A DNA stretch of 64,000 nucleotides from Balanoglossus misakiensis (lineage: Eukaryota > Animalia > Hemichordata): NCBI GenBank assembly GCA_040954595.2, contig CM082588.2, positions 4,900,156-4,964,155 of the forward strand, written 5' to 3'. Position numbers and translations under genes: made by a program. The notes below the pieces were generated by a model. That model did not search any database. It was not told the DNA's origin and was given only the letters and a program-made list of their open reading frames with translations. Below are positions 11,511 to 24,624 of the stretch, piece after piece. How positions within the stretch are numbered: the first letter of the stretch is position 1; the number at the start of each line of letters is the position of its first letter.

Positions 11511-12406
11511 TCATATAAAATGAGGTGAGTTTGAAATCAAAACATTCATAAATTTTGTTTGCATAAAAAATAAATTTAAACTACCGTAATAATTTAAGCT
11601 TTTCACATCTTTAATAAACTAGCTTCTTTAATCCCTGAATTATGTCATAGGTCACATGCATAATTACTATAAACCTTCAATATGTGTAATTGTAGGGTTG
11701 TAGGGAATACACAGAAGGAAACAGTATAAAAATAGATTGTACACTGCAGTGCCTTTGCACAGCATATGCAAACAGATTGAATAAATTTTCAGGTCAGGTA
11801 GCTGTGATTCTTACACTGAAAATTTGGTGCTCGGGTCATAGGTCATTTTAAACAAGCAGAATATTGTACATGTATTATAAATTAGAAACTTTAATACAGT
11901 GGCAATTAGCAGGTATTCCATGTCTAAACTCATGAAATTCAGTAATAATGAGCTTTACAAAAACTTGTATAAAAATTAGGGTAATACGACAGGTAAAAAT
12001 CGATTAAAAGGAAAGTTTGAAAAGATCCAATTAAAGTAGCAGATTAGAACAGAACAGAGTTCCGTAATTTCGGACTTCCAACAGTCTTGCTTGAAATAAC
12101 TTCAGTTAAAACACACTCTCTCTTACGAATGTAATTTTAATTAATAAGTCATTGCCTTTTTAACTACATTCAAAATTTAATGAAATGACAATAATAGAAA
12201 TAGGCAGTCTAGAATGTGTGCATGTATAATCCACAGATTTAAAATTTAGAAATATTGTATGCTTGATAGATTCCAAAACTGCATTAACTCTTAATTGGTG
12301 TGTACAACCTCCCTGCACCTAAGGACGAAAATAAAATTTGATTAGGAGAATAACGTAACATTAAAATTAATATAAGGGATAACTTAGCAATGTAATTGTG
12401 TGTGTG

Positions 12407-12583
12407 TCTTACTTCGGTTGATCTAAGTTAATTTTTTTTTACAAGTGCATTATGGGCATCATAATCTATGCAAGATCTTTTCAAATGCAAATATATTTTG
12501 CATCTGAAAAGATCTTGCATAGATTATGATGCCCATAATGCACTTGTAAAAAAAAATTTTGTCTTTGCTCAACCGAAGTAAGA
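12407..12583. repeat. Long near-perfect inverted repeat (62-bp inner arms, 5-nt loop, plus 15-bp outer arms)
   Basis: 12430-12491 vs reverse complement of 12497-12558 differ at one base; tcttacttcggttga (12407-12421) pairs with tcaaccgaagtaaga (12569-12583). Confidence 0.92.
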
Positions 12584-12725
12584 GTTGTGCTAGAGATTTA
12601 TTAGTCTCTGCTGTACACGCATGGGGAGGTAAGGGTGGGGGCTAGGGATGGCATATAAAAAGCAAAAAAAAAAAAAACTAAGTCAGAAACGCTAAAAATT
12701 TGAAATTTGTCTATACCTCCACGTT

Positions 12726-12799
12726 GGGGCATATACAAGTTTCAAAAATTTTCTAAGTTTTCTTTGACTTAGAAAATTTTTGAAACTTGTGTATGCCCC
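12726..12799. repeat. Inverted repeat, 33-bp arms, 8-nt loop
   Basis: ggggcatatacaagtttcaaaaattttctaagt / acttagaaaatttttgaaacttgtgtatgcccc, one mismatch. Confidence 0.92.
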
Positions 12800-14470
12800 C
12801 TACATAACATGCATTTTCTAACACTTGCCTTGTCTTTTCAGATCCCGGCTGGACTCCACTTCTTTCGATTGGTCATCAACCATTCAACAGATAGACCTGA
12901 AACGACAAGTGAATACGAGTTAAATTTCAATATTCAATATTTCAATATTTCAAAATTTGTCATGATTTACTAGAAAATTAAATAAAATACAATAAATTTC
13001 AATCCTTGGTGTCTGCGTTTTTGTAAAAAAAAAAAACACTCTATACTTATTAAAAACACTTAGACATTTTTCAGGCTTCACTCTATACTTATTAAAAACA
13101 CTTAGAAATTTTTCAGGCTATCACTCTATACTTAGACATTAAAAAACACTTAGAAATTTTTCAGGCTATCACTCTATACTTAGACATTAAAAACACTTAG
13201 AAATTTTTCAGGCTTTACTCAATACTTAGACATTAAAAAACACTTAGAAATTTTTCAAGCTATCACTCTATACTTAGACATTAAAAAACACTTAGAAATT
13301 TTTCAAGCTATCACTCTATACTTTGACATTAAAAAACACTTAGAAATTTTTCAGGCTTCACTCTATACTTATTAAAAACACTTAGAAATTTGTCAGGCTA
13401 TCACTCTATACTTAGACATTAAAAAACACTTAGAAATTTTTCAAGCTATCACTCTATACTTTGACATTAAAAAACACTTAGAAATTTTTCAGGCTTCACT
13501 CTATACTTATTAAAAACACTTAGAAATTTTTCAGGCTATCACTCTATACTTAGACATTAAAAAACACTTAGAAATTTTTCAAGCTATCACTCTATACTTT
13601 GACATTAAAAAACACTTAGAAATTTTTCAGGCTTCACTCTATACTTATTAAAAACACTTAGAAATTTGTCAGGCTATCACTCTATACTTAGACATTAAAA
13701 AACACATAGAAATTTTTCAGGCTATCACTCTATACTTAGACATTAAAAACACTTAGAAATTTTTCAGGCTTCACTCTATACTTTGACATTAAAAACACTT
13801 AGAAATTTTTCAGGCTATCACTCTATACTTAGACATTAAAAAACACTTAGAAATTTTTCAGGCTATCACTCTATACTTAGACATTAAAAACACTTAGAAA
13901 TTTTTCAGACTTCACTCTATACTTTGACATTAAAAACACTTAGAAATTTTTCAGGCTTTACTCTATACTTAAACATTAAAAACACACACTTAGAAATTTT
14001 TCAGGCTATCACTCTATACTTTGACATTAAACAAACTTAGAAATTGTTCAGGCTTTACTCTATACTTTGACATTAAAAAACACTTAGACATTTTTCAGGC
14101 TTTACTCTATACTTTAACATTAAAAAAAAATAGACATTTTTCAAGCTATCACTCTATACTTTCGCTTTAGGAAAAAACTTGGAAATGTTTCAAGCTTTAC
14201 TCTATACTTAAACAAAAATAACTTAAATTTTTTGCCCCTCTATACTTGCATTTTCTAATGCATACCTTGTCTTTTCAGATCCCGGCTGGACTCCACTTCT
14301 TTCGATTGGTCATCACCGTCATCAACCATTCAACAGATAGACCTGAAACGACAAGTGAATACGAGTGAAATTTCAATACTTTGGTTTTGTCATGATTTAG
14401 TAGAAAATGAAATAAAATACAACAAAATAAATTTCAATCCTTGGTGTCTGCTTTTTTGTAAAAAAAAAAC
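12795..14470. repeat. Direct duplication of a ~240-bp segment (about 12795-13035 and 14235-14470) flanking the minisatellite
   Basis: cttgtcttttcagatcccggctggactccacttctttcgattggtcatca..accattcaacagatagacctgaaacgacaagtgaatacgagt..tttcaatccttggtgtctg in both copies. Confidence 0.9.
13035..14240. repeat. AT-rich minisatellite, 42-48 bp units (cacttagaaatttttcaggctatcactctatacttagacattaaaaaa) with a local 138-bp trimer; degenerate copies also at ~14469-14610
   Basis: Unit starts at 13147 and 13194; 48+42+48 trimer starts at 13289, 13427, 13565. Confidence 0.95.
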
Positions 14471-14612
14471 ACTTAGAAAATTTTCAGGCTTTACTCTATA
14501 CTTTGACATTAAAAAAAACTTATACATTTTTCAGAATTTACTCTATACTTTCATTCAAAAAAAAGCTTAGAATATTTTTCAGAATTTACTCTATACCTGC
14601 ATTAAAAAAAAA

Positions 14613-17600
14613 CAAAGTTTGCAAAGTCAAGTATTTGTCATCTTTTGACAATTTTATTAGCTATAACCCATGAAAAATGTCCCAAAATAACAAAATCATC
14701 AAAGTTTCCTAAGTCAGGTATTTGTCATCTTTTGACAACTTTCATGAGCTATAACACATGAATAATGTCCCAACATAACAAAATAACCAAAGTTTGCAAA
14801 GTCAAGTATTTGTCATCTTTCGACAATTTTCATGAGCTATAACCCATGAAAAATGTCCCAACATGACAAAATCACCAAAGTTTGCAAAGTCAAGATTTTG
14901 TCATCTTTCGACAAATTTCATAAGCTATAACCCATGAAAAATGTCCAACAATGATAAAATCACCAAAGTTTGCAAAGTCAAGATTTTGTCATCTTTTGAC
15001 AATTTTCATGAGCTATATAACCCATGAAAAATGTCCAACAATGACAAAATCACCAAAGTTTGCAAAGTCAAGATTTTGTCATCTTTCGACAATTTTCATG
15101 AGCTATAACCCATGAAAAATGTCCAACAATGACAAAATCACCAAAGTTTGCAAAGTCAAGATTTTGTCATCTTTTGACAACTTTCATGAGCTATAACCCA
15201 TGAAAAATGTCCCAACATGACAAAATCACCAAAGTTTGCAAAGTCAAGATTTTGTCATCTGTTGACAATTTTCATGAGCTATAACCCATGAAAAATCTCC
15301 CAACATGACAAAATCACCAAAGTTTGCAAAGTCAAGATTTTGTCATCTTTCGACAATTTTCACGAGCTATAACCCATGAAAAATGTCCAACAATGACAAA
15401 ATCACCATAGTTTGCAAAGTCAAGATTTTGTCATCTTTCGACAATTTTCATGAGCTATAACCCATGAATAATGTCCAACAATGACAAAATCACCAAAGTT
15501 TGCAAAGTCAAGATTTTGTCATCTTTCGACAATTTTCATGAGCTATAACCCATGAAAAATGTCCCAACATGACAAAATCACCAAAGTTTGCAAAGTCAAG
15601 ATTTTGTCATCTTTCGACAATTTTCATGAGCTATAACCCATGAAAAATGTCCAACAATGATAAAATCACCAAAGTTTGCAAAGTCAAGATTTTGTCATCT
15701 TTTGACAATTTTCATGAGCTATATAACCCATGAAAAATGTCCAACAATGACAAAATCACCAAAGTTTGCAAAGTCAAGATTTTGTCATCTTTTGACAACT
15801 TTCATGAGCTATAACCCATGAAAAATGTCCCAACATGACAAAATCACCAAAGTTTGCAAAGTCAAGATTTTGTCATCTTTTGACAACTTTCATGAGCTAT
15901 AACCCATGAATAATGTCCCAACATGACAAAATCACCAAAGTTTGCAAAGTCAAGATTTTGTCACCTTTCGACAATTTTCATGAGCTATAACCCATGAATA
16001 ATGTCCCAACATGACAAAATCACCAAAGTTTGCAAAGTCAAGATTTTGTCATCTTTTGACAATTTTCATGAGCTATAACCCATAAAAATGTCCGAAAAAT
16101 GACAAAATCACCAAAGTTTGCAAAGTCAAGATTTTGTCATCTTTTGACAATTTTCATGAGCTATAACCCATAAAAATGTCCGAAAAATGACAAAATCACC
16201 AAAGTTTGCAAAGTCAAGATTTTGTCATCTTTCGACAATTTTCATGAGTTATAACCCATGAAAAATGTCCAACAATGACAAAATCACCAAAGTTTGCAAA
16301 GTCAAGATTTTGTCATCTTTCGACAATTTTCATGAGCTATAACCCATGAAAAATGTCCAACAATGACAAAATCACCAAAGTTTGCAAAGTCAAGATTTTG
16401 TCATCTTTCGACAATTTTCATGAGCTATAACCCATGAATAATGTCCCAACATAACAAAATCAATAAAGTTTGCAAAGTCAAGATTTTGTCATCTTTCGAC
16501 AATTTTCATGAGCTATAACCCATGAAAAATGTCCCAAAATGACAAAATCACCAAAGTTTCCTAAGTCAGGTATTTGTCATCTTTTGACAACGTTCATGAG
16601 CTATAACCCATGAATAATGTCCCAACATAACAAAATAACCAAAGTTTGCAAAGTCAAGTATTTGTCATCTTTCGACAATTTTCATGAGCTATAACCCATG
16701 AAAAATGTCCAACAATGACAAAATCACCAAAGTTTGCAAAGTCAAGATTTTGTCATCTTTCGACAATTTTCATGAGCTATAACCCATGAAAAATGTCCCA
16801 ACATGACAAAATCACCAAAGTTTGCAAAGTCAAGATTTTGTCATCTTTCGACAATTTTCATGAGCTATAACCCATGAAAAATGTCCAACAATGACAAAAT
16901 CACCAAAGTTTGCAAAGTCAAGATTTTGTCATCTTTCGACAACTTTCATGAGCTATAACCCATGAATAATGTCCCAGCATAACAAAATAACCAAAGTTTG
17001 CAAAGTCAAGATTTTGTCATCTTTCAACAATTTTCATGAGCTATAACCCATGAATAATGTCCCAACATGACAAAATCACCAAAGTTTGCAAAGTCAAGAT
17101 TTTGTCATCTTTCGACAATTTTCATGAGCTATAACCCATGAAAAATGTCCAAACATGACAAAATCACCAAAGTTTGCAAAGTCAAGATTTTGTCATCTTT
17201 CGACAATTTTCATGAGCTATAACCCATGAAAAATGTCCAACAATGACAAAATCACCATAGTTTGCAAAGTCAAGATTTTGTCATGTTGGGACAATTTTCA
17301 TGAGCTATAACCCATGAAAAATGTCCCAACATGACAAAATCACCAAAGTTTGCAAAGTCAAGATTTTGTCATCTTTCGACAATTTTCATGAGTTATAACC
17401 CATGAAAAATGTCCAACAATGACAAAATCACCAAAGTTTGCAAAGTCAAGATTTTGTCATCTTTTGACAACTTTCATGAGCTATAACCCATGAATAATGT
17501 CCCAACATGACAAAATCACCAAAGTTTGCGAAGTCAAGATTTTGTCATCTTTCGACAATTTTCATGAGCTATAACCCATGAAAAATGTCCAACAATGATA

Positions 17601-20600
17601 AAATCACCAAAGTTTGCAAAGTCAAGATTTTGTCATCTTTTGACAATTTTCATGAGCTATATAACCCATGAAAAATGTCCAACAATGACAAAATCACCAA
17701 AGTTTGCAAAGTCAAGATTTTGTCATCTTTCGACAATTTTCATGAGCTATAACCCATGAAAAATGTCCAACAATGACAAAATCACCAAAGTTTGCAAAGT
17801 CAAGATTTTGTCATCTTTTGACAACTTTCATGAGCTATAACCCATGAAAAATGTCCCAACATGACAAAATCACCAAAGTTTGCAAAGTCAAGATTTTGTC
17901 ATCTTTTGACAACTTTCATGAGCTATAACCCATGAATAATGTCCCAATATGACAAAATCACCAAAGTTTGCAAAGTCAAGATTTTGTCACCTTTCGACAA
18001 TTTTCATGAGCTATAACCCATGAAAAATGTCCAACAATGATAAAATCACCAAAGTTTGCAAAGTCAAGATTTTGTCATCTTTTGACAATTTTCATGAGCT
18101 ATAACCCATAAAAATGTGCCAAAATGACAAAATCACCAAAGTTTGCAAAGTCAAGATTTTGTCATCTTTCGACAATTTTCATGAGTTATAACCCATGAAA
18201 AATGTCCAACAATGACAAAATCACCAAAGTTTGCAAAGTCAAGATTTTGTCATCTTTCGACAATTTTCATGAGCTATAACCCATGAAAAATGTCCAACAA
18301 TGACAAAATCACCAAAGTTTGCAAAGTCAAGATTTTGTCATCTTTCGACAATTTTCATGAGCTATAACCAATGAATAATGTCCCAACATAACAAAATCAC
18401 TAAAGTTTGCAAAGTCAAGATTTTGTCATCTTTCGACAATTTTCATGAGCTATAACCCATGAAAAATGTCCCAAAATGACAAAATCACCAAAGTTTCCTA
18501 AGTCAGGTATTTGTCATCTTTTGACAACGTTCATGAGCTATAACCCATGAATAATGTCCCAACATAACAAAATAACCAAAGTTTGCAAAGTCAAGTATTT
18601 GTCATCTTTCGACAATTTTCATGAGCTATAACCCATGAAAAATGTCCAACAATGACAAAATCACCAAAGTTTGCAAAGTCAAGATTTTGTCATCTTTCGA
18701 CAATTTTCATGAGCTATAACCCATGAAAAATGTCCCAACATGACAAAATCACCAAAGTTTGCAAAGTCAAGATTTTGTCATCTTTCGACAATTTTCATGA
18801 GCTATAACCCATGAAAAATGTCCAACAATGACAAAATCACCAAAGTTTGCAAAGTCAAGATTTTGTCATCTTTCGACAACTTTCATGAGCTATAACCCAT
18901 GAATAATGTCCCAGCATAACAAAATAACCAAAGTTTGCAAAGTCAAGATTTTGTCATCTTTCGACAATTTTCATGAGCTATAACCCATGAATAATGTCCC
19001 AACATGACAAAATCACCAAAGTTTGCAAAGTCAAGATTTTGTCATCTTTCGACAATTTTCATGAGCTATAACCCATGAAAAATGTCCAACAATGACAACA
19101 TCACCATAGTTTGCAAAGTCAAGATTTTGTCATGTTGGGACAATTTTCATGAGCTATAACCCATGAAAAATGTCCCAACATGACAAAATCACCAAAGTTT
19201 GCAAAGTCAAGATTTTGTCATCTTTTGACAATTTTCATGAGCTATAACCCATGAAAAATGTCCAACAATGACAAAATCACCATAGTTTGCAAAGTCAAGA
19301 TTTTGTCATGTTGGGACAATTTTCATGAGCTATAACCCATGAAAAATGTCCCAACATGACAAAATAACCAAAGTTTGCAAAGTAAAGATTTTGTCATCTT
19401 TCGACAATTTTCATGAGCTATAACCCATGAAAAATGTCCCAACATGACAAAATCACCAAAGTTTGCAAAGTCAAGATTTTGTCATCTGTTGACAATTTTC
19501 ATGAGCTATAACCCATGAAAAATCTCCCAACATGACAAAATCACCAAAGTTTGCAAAGTCAAGATTTTGTCATCTTTCGACAATTTTCACGAGCTATAAC
19601 CCATGAAAAATGTCCAACAATGACAAAATCACCATAGTTTGCAAAGTCAAGATTTTGTCATCTTTCGACAATTTTCATGAGCTATAACCCATGAATAATG
19701 TCCAACAATGACAAAATCACCAAAGTTTGCAAAGTCAAGATTTTGTCATCTTTCGACAATTTTCATGAGCTATAACCCATGAAAAATGTCCCAACATGAC
19801 AAAATCACCAAAGTTTGCAAAGTCAAGATTTTGTCATCTTTCGACAATTTTCATGAGCTATAACCCATGAAAAATGTCCAACAATGACAAAATCACCAAA
19901 GTTTGCAAAGTCAAGATTTTGTCATCTTTCGACAACTTTCATGAGCTATAACCCATGAATAATGTCCCAGCATAACAAAATAACCAAAGTTTGCAAAGTC
20001 AAGATTTTGTCATCTTTCAACAATTTTCATGAGCTATAACCCATGAAAAATGTCCAACAATGACAAAATCACCAAAGTTTGCAAAGTCAAGATTTTGTCA
20101 TCTTTCGACAATTTTCATGAGCTATAACCCATGAAAAATGTCCAATAATGACAAAATCACCAAAGTTTGCAAAGTCAAGATTTTGTCATCTTTCGACAAT
20201 TTTCATGAGCTAAACCCATGAATAATGTCCCAACATGACAAAATCACCAAAGTTTGCAAAGTCAAGATTTTGTCATCTTTCGACAATTTTCATGAGCTAT
20301 AACCCATGAAAAATGTCCCAAAATGACAAAATCACCAAAGTTTCCTAAGTCAGGTATTTGTAATCTTTTGACATATTTCATGAGCTATAACCCATGAATA
20401 ATGTCCCAACATGACAAAATAACCAAAGTTTGCAAAGTCAAGATTTTGTCATCTTTTGACGACTTTCATGAGCTATAACCCATGAAAAATCTCCCAACAT
20501 GACAAAATCACCAAAGTTTGCAAAGTCAAGATTTTGTCATCTTTTGACAATTTTCATGAGCTATAACCCATGAAAAATCTCCCAACATGACAAAATCACC

Positions 20601-21101
20601 AAAGTTTGCAAAGTCAAGATTTTGTCATCTTTCGACAATTTTCATGAGCTATAACCCATGAATAATGTCCAACAATGACAAAATCACCAAAGTTTGCAAA
20701 GTCAAGATTTTGTCATCTTTCGACAATTTTCATGAGCTATAACCCATGAAAAATGTCCCAACATGACAAAATCACCAAAGTTTGCAAAGTCAAGATTTTG
20801 TCATCTGTTGACAATTTTCACGAGCTATAACCCATGAAAAATCTCCCAACATGACAAAATCACCAAAGTTTGCAAAGTCAAGATTTTGTCATCTTTCGAC
20901 AATTTTCACGAGCTATAACCCATGAAAAATCTCCCAACAATGACAAAATCACCAAAGTTTGCAAAGTCAAGATTTTGTCATCTGTTGACAATTTTCACGA
21001 GCTATAACCCATGAAAAATGTTATAAAATGACAAAATCACCAAAGTTTGAAAAGTCAAGAATTTGTCATTTTTTTTAATTCTCATGAAAAATGTCCAACA
21101 T
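14613..21101. repeat. Satellite array, 88-bp palindromic monomer, about 73 copies
   Basis: Monomer catgacaaaatcaccaaagtttgcaaagtcaagattttgtcatctttcgacaattttcatgagctataacccatgaaaaatgtcccaa; period 88 (for example 15568 to 15656). Confidence 0.97.
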
Positions 21102-22834
21102 TATTTTAATTGCCACCACCCCCAGCCATTGCAGAAGAAATATACTAGTATTCCCTTTCACACGGTATGCGAATTACAACTCCCCCCCCCCCCCCACACA
21201 CACAAGTACTTCTCACTACTAGTGCAGATTTCATGACCATTTTACAAATAATGCAGCCATTTGAGGGAAGTCTAATCAACATATATGTGATCTATTGCGA
21301 GTTTTGTTATGTACGTTCAACCTTAGCCCTGCCTACAGGTCTGTGTTCTCGACGTTACACTGCCTCTATTCCATGCCGTGAACACACAGCCCTGTACGTA
21401 CGTACACATGCTATGTACGACTTGGCCACTTCGCCAAGTCGTTATAGTGTAATATAAAACAATAAAAATGCTAGCTAGCGTAGCGAGAGTAGCCGAAGGC
21501 CCTTCGAGTAGCGAGTACTTAATATAAAACCTATCCTTATCATGCTATATATTATATAGGAAATTATGGGTTGTCTGTACCTTATTTGAAAACTCCAGGT
21601 GTTGCCTGTGGGCGCCGCCATCTTGTTTTGTCACGTTGACGGCTTCATTCAATAGCTTCATTCCGAATTCCGTGAGTCCTGGGACTACTACAGCTGTATA
21701 CCTTCACAAATCCTACTCATATGCATTTCGACCACACGGCGAACAGAGACATTTGGAAAGTGGGCGTTTAAACGCATTTCAGGTCAGATCGAAACCAGCA
21801 CAGGCAACAGGTCAGCCATCTTGAAACACGCCACCTCGCGGGTGATTTCATAAATCTCTCGAAGTAACGGGGAACATGCATATATGTATTATATATTTAT
21901 TCAATGCACATCTTACACGGTACTGTAGATACCCAATCTGATTAAAATCATATCTGGCTGTGAGAACTGCCCAGCCAATGGGTAAATCTTGTATAAACCA
22001 GACGTTTAAAGCTCCATGATATGACTCGCCACATTCAGCACATCGTCTGTAACTTCACCCTCCCCGAAGACACCACGCGCACTCACTTACACGGAGACAT
22101 TCTAAAAGAACATGGTAAACATTCACACCTGATCCGGGCTCTGTAATTATTACAGACAGACGGAAATTATAGTCCTTCCACATTTTCGTATTCCAGGCTC
22201 TGTGTAGTGTTCTGTCTTTTAAAATTAAAATGATAGAGCGACGTCGACCCCCTCGTATATTTCTGTGCATATGTGTGGGGGAATAGAACCCGGGGGTGAA
22301 CCCTTTGTGAAATCAAGAACGGTTGTTTGGCCTATGTACAAAATTATAAAATCACATATGCTAAATACAAGGAAGGTATACACAGTTAGGCAATAGCTAC
22401 ATGTAGCACCAAGAAAAATGTTATAAAAATTGTTCCATCGTTTGTTTATCAGAGGCATATAGTGGTCTCGTCTCCTGTCCCGAAAAGGGTTCGTTTTAGC
22501 GAGGAGCGTATAGTGGCCGGTTGAATCGGCGCGCTCATTAGCAACAGTTAGGCCTAAAAAATTTGCCCTGATTGTTTGCACTTGTGTCGCCATATACTAG
22601 GTAGTTCAACTTCAAAACAGTCTGCGAAAAAGTTACGCTTTAAAGTTGGTGTTTGACATCATTTGCGTGTAGTCTCCCGAAAAGACTATATATTCTGATT
22701 GGCCAGTAACGGGTTGGTCGCGCTGTGTCAGAGTCAGAACACACGAAAACGTCCGCTGATATCTGCGGCGTTCAGGTTGGTGATACCGACCTTCTCTTCG
22801 CCAAAACTCTCAGGCGTCGCCGGGGACTTTTGAT

Positions 22835-24624
22835 TCACGCACTGTCCGCCTTCCTCTGTTCCCGCATGCCGAATCCACTCTTGTGATACACGCACCCGTA
22901 GCCTTTGTAATTCCCGTTTCCCAGCAACGGGAGGTGGCGACGCACCGGGCCGCATCCGCACAGATACAGCATGATGGCGGCCAGGGCCACGGGGACCATC
23001 ACCCAGGCGACGATGACTCCATTGGAGATGGTGAAGCGGTGAAAGTAACAAACAGTAAACGTTACCGTGGTAACGACAACTAACAAATCTGGAAGAGAAC
23101 AGAAAACAGCGGACACGTGACAAAACAGGCGCTTTCGGGGATTGTAGTTTTCTATCAGTCACCGAAGTCATAAATCTCTAAGAGCAATAAAGGTGAATCC
23201 GACAATATATAGTGCCCAGCCACCTGCGAAAGATCAATTTTACTCCATTTTGCTTGGATGTGCTGGTTTGACAGTTTACGTACCTGCTATGAAAAGAAAT
23301 CCTGACGCGACGTAAAACTTCTTCGAATCTTTGGAAAATAATCCGTGTCCAGCACAGGTGAGACTCAACGCGGACAAGAGGCATGATGAGATCATGAACA
23401 CACGACACGCGTGTATGGAGGCTGGGGAGAAGAGAGGGGGAGAAAGAGGGAGAGAGAGAGAATTGGTGTGTGACTAATCAATCGAATAATAATGTAATGA
23501 CTTGCAAGAATTGCACGAAAGCGAACTGGAGCAATTAATTTATGGGACTCCTGCCGAAGGTCCAACAACTACGCGGAATAGCTTGCACGGCAGTTTTTGG
23601 ACATATAATCTGCAAGGAATAGCATATTAACTGGAAAAACACACAAACGACTGGAGCGAGTTGGGGTCGTCTCGTCGGTAGGGGTTGAATTACGGCAATT
23701 GCATGCTGACAGGTACTAGTATATCCATCCTGCACGTCCGAACAATGGTCCCATTCATGCAGTGGTTAGCGGCACGGGCCCTGAACTCAGCTCACCTATA
23801 TACATTGTACTGGTCTATAAGGGCATAGTGTAGTTCTGTAGCGAATTGCATGTGGCACCCGGTGTGCTCCTATACGCATGAATGGGGGGAATAACCACAT
23901 ATACACGCCCCAGCCTTGAACGAACAGGACATATTTCGGTTGTCCCCGACACGTACAGCACGTCCAGGCGCATGCGGCGCCGTCGGATACGTGCTCCCCG
24001 GAACATCAGCTCATTCCAGGGCCACACCTGGGTTAGAACAATCGCGGTAGTGTAGTATTAGTGTACAATAGGAACGCTCACAATGGGCTCTTTACAAGAA
24101 TCTGCGTGAGGCCGACTTTTGCCTTTGAACTTGCCTGTGGATATTTTCAGAGTCATTATCTGTTTAGGTCATGTAGATAATATCTTTATCAGTAATTTTC
24201 GCGATAAAGCGAAATTCGCGTGTTATGTTGTGGTCCATAGTTTAACAACCTAATAAAACACACATATGCATATATCCGTGCTGTAGAAAATGCAAAATTC
24301 GAGTCATGGTAGGCGTGTTCAAAACACAACACAGAGAGTCCTAACCATGACTATTTGATCCATGCATAACTTACCCGTGGCCGAATTGAGATAGGTACAA
24401 TTAGACCCCTCTTGGTGATTTTCGCTGTACCTGCACACGCGCCATAGGCCAAAATGAAGTTCCGCGCTCTCCGCCCACTGGTCAGTTATCGTGGCGTACA
24501 GCAGTCCAGCCATCACGACCAGGTTCAGAAGGGCTCCGGCCGGCTGGACGTACGGGAGAAATCGGCTGCCCCGTGACACTCGGATGGTTTCTGGTGACAA
24601 CTCGTGAAGCCCGACGTAAGACAT
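22835..24624 (-). CDS. PMP22/EMP/MP20/claudin-family tetraspan protein, 213 aa; exons 24624-24375, 23421-23284, 23088-22835
   Basis: W...HFGLWRVC...C signature in exon 1; middle exon ASIHACRVFMISSCLLSALSLTCAG..FYVASGFLFIA found by hand; GT-AG introns, both phase 1; total 642 nt; four hydrophobic segments. Confidence 0.88.

Noticed and set aside
14613-21101. CRISPR-like array (palindromic repeats with spacers)
   Set aside because: Spacers are constant rather than unique, there are no cas genes and the context is eukaryotic; it is a satellite.
10763-21340. taggtagggttagggt vs inverted taggcagggctaaggt as element TIRs or telomeric repeat
   Set aside because: Only 13/16 identity, no target-site duplication; could be chance.
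23815-24027. Possible extra exon of the tetraspan gene
   Set aside because: Joining in the required phase gives a stop after five codons; the three-exon model is complete.
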